32,162 nucleotides of DNA from Chrysochromulina tobinii (Eukaryota). The notes beneath the pieces are model-generated. The model was not told where the DNA came from and did no database searches. It saw only the letters and a list, made by a program, of their open reading frames with translations. The stretch lies in the NCBI GenBank assembly GCA_001275005.1, contig JWZX01001831.1:1-32162 (forward strand), written 5' to 3'. Each line of letters begins with the position of its first letter. Positions within the stretch are counted from its first letter, which is position 1. The position numbers were made by a program, and so were the translations under genes. Shown in pieces: positions 28,927-32,162 of this stretch.

Positions 28927-29497
28927 TCAGTGGCTCGCAAAATGGCGCCGTGCTGGGCACATACAGTAGCCGCCCTTTGGGTTCTTCTTGAAGACGATTT
29001 CGTCAAGACTCTGACCCACGCGGGAGTAGCGCACACCCTTGGCTGCAGCGGTCGGGCACGGCCGGTAGGCCTGCATGGAGCCACACGCAAAATCAAGATC
29101 AGTCTCACACAAGCACGCAGCGCGGCAAATCCTCAAGCACCTTGATAGGCCACCACTCAAATGGTTTTATGCCACCCACGTCGATGGCGGTCAGGCCGCC
29201 CACTACCCGTCCTTGGCCATTGCAATTTGGAAAGAGTTTGCTGCCGCATAGTGCGCACATTCCATCAGACACTGCTGGCGCAGGGTCCTCTTCCTTTGCG
29301 GGCACGCCCTCCTGGCAGCGGACCGCGAGGCTGCGTCGTACTGAAGCCATGCGAAGTGGACCATTCACTTGGAATGAGGACACTGGCTGCGCGAGCACGC
29401 TCGCCAGCGCAATTGAGAAACCCGCATGTTGCAGGCGCGCGAAACTGGTGCCATCCACCAGTGCGACGCTCGCGAGCAGAGCAAGCGATCGAGACAT
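28927..29497 (-). CDS. Small, probably plastid-targeted protein of unknown function (CNGQGRVVGG...WWPIKAYRPCP...GQSLDE); spliced
   Basis: Removing intron 29140-29071 joins FEWWPIK to AYRPCPTAAAKGVRYSRVGQSLDEIVF, a motif I recall from uncharacterised plant/algal chloroplast proteins. The N-terminus is signal-peptide-like, followed by SS-F and an Arg/Ser-rich transit-like stretch. The end is 28927, or 28871 if a second intron is used. Confidence 0.7.
29071..29140 (-). other. GT-AG intron, 70 nt
   Basis: AAG|GTGCTT ... CTGAT ... CCATGCAG|GCC, phase 0; restores the continuous WWPIKAYRPCP motif. Confidence 0.8.
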
Positions 29498-29588
29498 CCA
29501 AGTTCTTCTCCGCAGCGACGAGATTCCAAGATTTTCCATGACTTCGAGAACGCGGTTTCACAGGTGGTCGTACCGGTAAAAAGACACC

Positions 29589-29655
29589 GGGGGGAGCCGG
29601 GACACACACGGGACACACGGGACACGCGGACGCACAAAGGCACACGGACCACACA
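29589..29655. repeat. Degenerate GGACAC(AC)n tandem motif upstream of the plastid-type gene
   Basis: GGGACACACAC GGGACACAC GGGACACGC GGACGCAC AAA GGCACAC GGACCACAC. Confidence 0.6.
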
Positions 29656-30109
29656 GACGAACCTCACAACCGGCCACCATCCGTCGTCGCGACCGGTAAC
29701 AGGTGTGACCTGTGACGGCTGTCACTGTGCGAGCGCGCGTCTCGGCGTCTGAAGTATTGTGAGTCGGGTTTGGCCGGTTCTATTTTGCGGCCGGTCTACA
29801 TCGTATAGACGATTAGACGTGTCTTCATTCACGCTCCAGCCCGAAAGATGCTGCCGCACACATAGGTCATAGCGCGCCACGTGGCCCCGCAGCGGCCAGC
29901 TCACAGGCCTGCACAGGCCAGCAGGCCACATTACACTTCACCGAGGGAGAGCAGAGCGGCCCGGGCCTCCATGCCATTCATTCCCTACCCAATGCACCCG
30001 TTTCTAAGTGGTCGAAGCGCGCACGAGTGAGCGAGAAGAACGTGACCGAATACCGCGTGCAGTTTGCTGCTATTGGTGCAGTGTGGCGTGGGGGAGGTCT
30101 CGTCTTCTG

Positions 30110-30979
30110 TCAGTCAGCCGCAGCCAGCAGCTCGCGAAAGTCAGCTGACTTGCGGAGCGTCTCGAGGTCGCGCAGGCTCCACACAAATTTTAGAGGCTGC
30201 CGGCTCGGATCGTGCGAAACGTATTCGAGGCGGCCGCAGCAGACGTAAGGCTCGCTGGAGCCCTCTTGCTGCAGCCTGCAGAAGAGGAGAACTGCTTCTT
30301 TGCCTGCGAGCAGCCGTCGCACCACTGGAGTGCCTTCGTTATTCTTCGGCGAGGCGTACCAGGTCATGCGCGCGCCGCCATCGAGGAAGACGTTGCGATA
30401 GTCGGCGCCACCGATGTTGACCCAGAGCAAGATGGCATTGCGCCACTCGAGACTGCCAGCGTACTTACTAAAGGAAACGTTCTTCCGGCCGGTGATGGCC
30501 TCAACGGCCGCCGCTTTTGTGAAAGTCGAAGAGACGGGCTTGCCGAGGTGGCGCTCTATTATGGCATCGACGCTCAGTGCGATGGCGCGCGCGGAGCCAG
30601 CATCGGGGGGCGGGCGTTCAGCAACCTCGGTCAGCATAGCTGTGCTCTCCCTGGCAGCGCCATCCTCCTGATTGTCGTCTTCTGGTGCTTCGTACGGACG
30701 CGATCGCTCCACGGGCTGGGCCCGCGAGTGGGTCTGCGGCAGCGGTGTCTCGTCAGAGTAGATGACAGTTGCCACGCGCTGCCGCAGAGAGCGTCGCCGC
30801 TCAACGAGTTCTTCAGGGAATGCAGTGCTCAATGCAGGTCGCTTCCGCTTTGGCGGAGCGCGAACGCTCGCTCCTGCCCGCGAGGGCGGTGGTGCGTCGA
30901 GGCCGAGCTCTTGCAGACGCAAGTTATTCTGTCGGATGTTCTCGAGGCGTTCGAGCTCATAGGCCGACATGGACGTCAT
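30110..30979 (-). CDS. DUF3427-like (SRA/PUA-fold) domain protein with an N-terminal SxYExxRxxNIxxNxxxLxxLGL helix, ~289 aa
   Basis: C-terminal FSKYAGSLEWRNAILLWVN...YRNVF...MTWYAS...VLLFCR...PYVCCGRLEY...PLKFVWSL follows the DUF3427 pattern (LFV...Y.D.F...FHWQS...LLFVR...F.YLG...Y...P....W.L). ATG 30979 or 30970; the track start 31261 is TTG. Confidence 0.75.
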   Translation of the reverse strand: MTSMSAYELERLENIRQNNLRLQELGLDAPPPSRAGASVRAPPKRKRPALSTAFPEELVERRRSLRQRVATVIYSDETPLPQTHSRAQPVERSRPYEAPEDDNQEDGAARESTAMLTEVAERPPPDAGSARAIALSVDAIIERHLGKPVSSTFTKAAAVEAITGRKNVSFSKYAGSLEWRNAILLWVNIGGADYRNVFLDGGARMTWYASPKNNEGTPVVRRLLAGKEAVLLFCRLQQEGSSEPYVCCGRLEYVSHDPSRQPLKFVWSLRDLETLRKSADFRELLAAAD

Positions 30980-31282
30980 CTTCGGAAGTAGCACAGTTTC
31001 CGGATTCCGCAGGAAAAGTCGCAAAGCGCTGTATTGGGCAAATTCGTGAGACGTCTCGAGGGGGGAATCCATACACACTCCGGGACGCCCAATAGGCAGA
31101 GCCTCTGCAAATAGTAACGTGACTTGCAGAATAAACCCGCCGGAGAGCGGCCGAGCGCCTTCAGCCTTGTCCGTGACTGAGATCTGCAAATGGAGCAAAT
31201 CTGTGTCCGCCGCGGTTGTGCAACCCATGCCGCAGTTGCCACAGACCTTCAGAGGAGGCAATACTTTGGCCGCCGCGGGCGC

Positions 31283-32062
31283 TCACGCAGCAGTCTTCAG
31301 TGGCGGTAGCCGCTCGAGAAGCCAGATCGCGACGTCTTCGAGTTCCTCCATAGAAGCTGAGTGCGCAAGATCGGGATACTCGTCGAGCTCATAGGTTGCA
31401 CAACCCATGGCACGCACCGCCCTTGCGCTCTCGCGTGCCCATTCAATCTTAACAACTTGGTCGACGACACCATGGAAATGTTTGACAGGTGTCTGGGCTG
31501 CTGCAGGGTGCAGGACAACTGATTCAGCCTTGGCGAGGTAGCCCGACATGACGCACACTCCGGCCAGGCGCCCTGGGTATTGCAGCCCCGCGTAGAGCGA
31601 CATAGCACCACCCTGACTGAAGCCACCTACGACGATACGATCGAGCTCTATTCCCGCTGCAACCTCCTCGTCTATGAGTGCAGTGATGGTAGCTCGCGAC
31701 TCATCAATCCCGACACAGGATTGTCCAGCCCGGTCGTCCAGTGAAGTGATGTCATACCAAGAGGGCATGACCATCCCGCCGTTGAGTGTGACAGGCGACC
31801 GAGGTGCGTTTGGGAGCACAAACTTGACGTGGGGAAGAGCGCTGTGGAGCTGCATCGCAAGATCAGCCCAGCCCATGTTCGTGTCCCCCAGCCCGTGGAT
31901 TGGCCCGATGAAAGTGGCAGTATGCTGCGCGGCTGCCGCTGGCGAGATGGTGATCAAGCCACCGCGCCCTGTGTCCTGTAGTACTCGTGGCCGGGCCGCT
32001 GACATCAGGCATCTGAGTGCGGCGAATGGTAAAGCACGAACGTGGGCACCTGCGACGCGCAT
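31283..32062 (-). CDS. Acyl-protein thioesterase / lysophospholipase (phospholipase/carboxylesterase family)
   Basis: HGLGD oxyanion motif, PVTLNGGMVMPSWYDI, GFSQGG nucleophile elbow, HGVVD (Asp) and LAHS (His). ATG at 32062 or 32005. Confidence 0.92.
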   Translation of the reverse strand: MRVAGAHVRALPFAALRCLMSAARPRVLQDTGRGGLITISPAAAAQHTATFIGPIHGLGDTNMGWADLAMQLHSALPHVKFVLPNAPRSPVTLNGGMVMPSWYDITSLDDRAGQSCVGIDESRATITALIDEEVAAGIELDRIVVGGFSQGGAMSLYAGLQYPGRLAGVCVMSGYLAKAESVVLHPAAAQTPVKHFHGVVDQVVKIEWARESARAVRAMGCATYELDEYPDLAHSASMEELEDVAIWLLERLPPLKTAA

Positions 32063-32162
32063 TTTCGGGTGACGCGCTGCTGCTGCTGTGAAACACACAC
32101 GCGCACAACCTCCGGACCCCCAAGCACGAGGGCCTCTATCGCTATGGACGGAGGTGTGGCCG

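Noticed and set aside
608..30979. Apparent clustering of nuclear/chromatin genes (TAF1B, NSE2, ORC3, RPC9, BCL7-like, SET, DUF3427) and two ciliary genes as one system
   Set aside because: They are interspersed with unrelated metabolic genes on mixed strands; no evidence of functional linkage without synteny or co-expression data.
1..32162. CRISPR arrays, transposases, rRNA or viral hallmark genes
   Set aside because: No repeat-spacer periodicity, transposase/RT/integrase motifs, terminal repeats or rRNA signatures were seen.

Overview
Gene-dense, high-GC eukaryotic nuclear DNA, not prokaryotic. The short intergenic spacers, mostly single-exon genes, a few 70-125 nt introns (one probably GC-AG), ciliary genes and a probable secondary-plastid protein suggest a haptophyte-like alga; this is inference, and no taxonomic search was run. 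About 16 protein-coding genes in order: 3' end of a PDZ-like gene, TAF1B/Rrn7 with a long C-terminal extension, NSE2/MMS21, CEP162 (two ORFs joinable by a GC-AG intron), ORC3, Pol III subunit C17/RPC9, an NZF zinc-finger protein, a CPBP/CAAX protease, cystathionine beta-lyase, a hypothetical protein, a BCL7-like protein, a Pro/Ser-rich protein, an ANK-PHD-ePHD-SET protein, an IQ-repeat + RPGRIP1-type C2 protein, a small spliced plastid-type protein, a DUF3427-like protein and an acyl-protein thioesterase. No rRNA, tRNA, CRISPR array or transposase was recognised. The best leads are in chromatin biology: (i) a CDCA7/WDR76-like N-terminal helix fused to a DUF3427 (SRA/PUA-like) domain, a candidate modified-DNA reader and remodeller adaptor; (ii) a SET protein with a mosaic architecture and substituted catalytic motifs; (iii) a TAF1B carrying Cys clusters and two MBD-like motifs; (iv) CpG- and palindrome-rich intergenic islands sharing a hairpin motif. 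All family assignments come from recognising motifs by eye and need profile searches to confirm.
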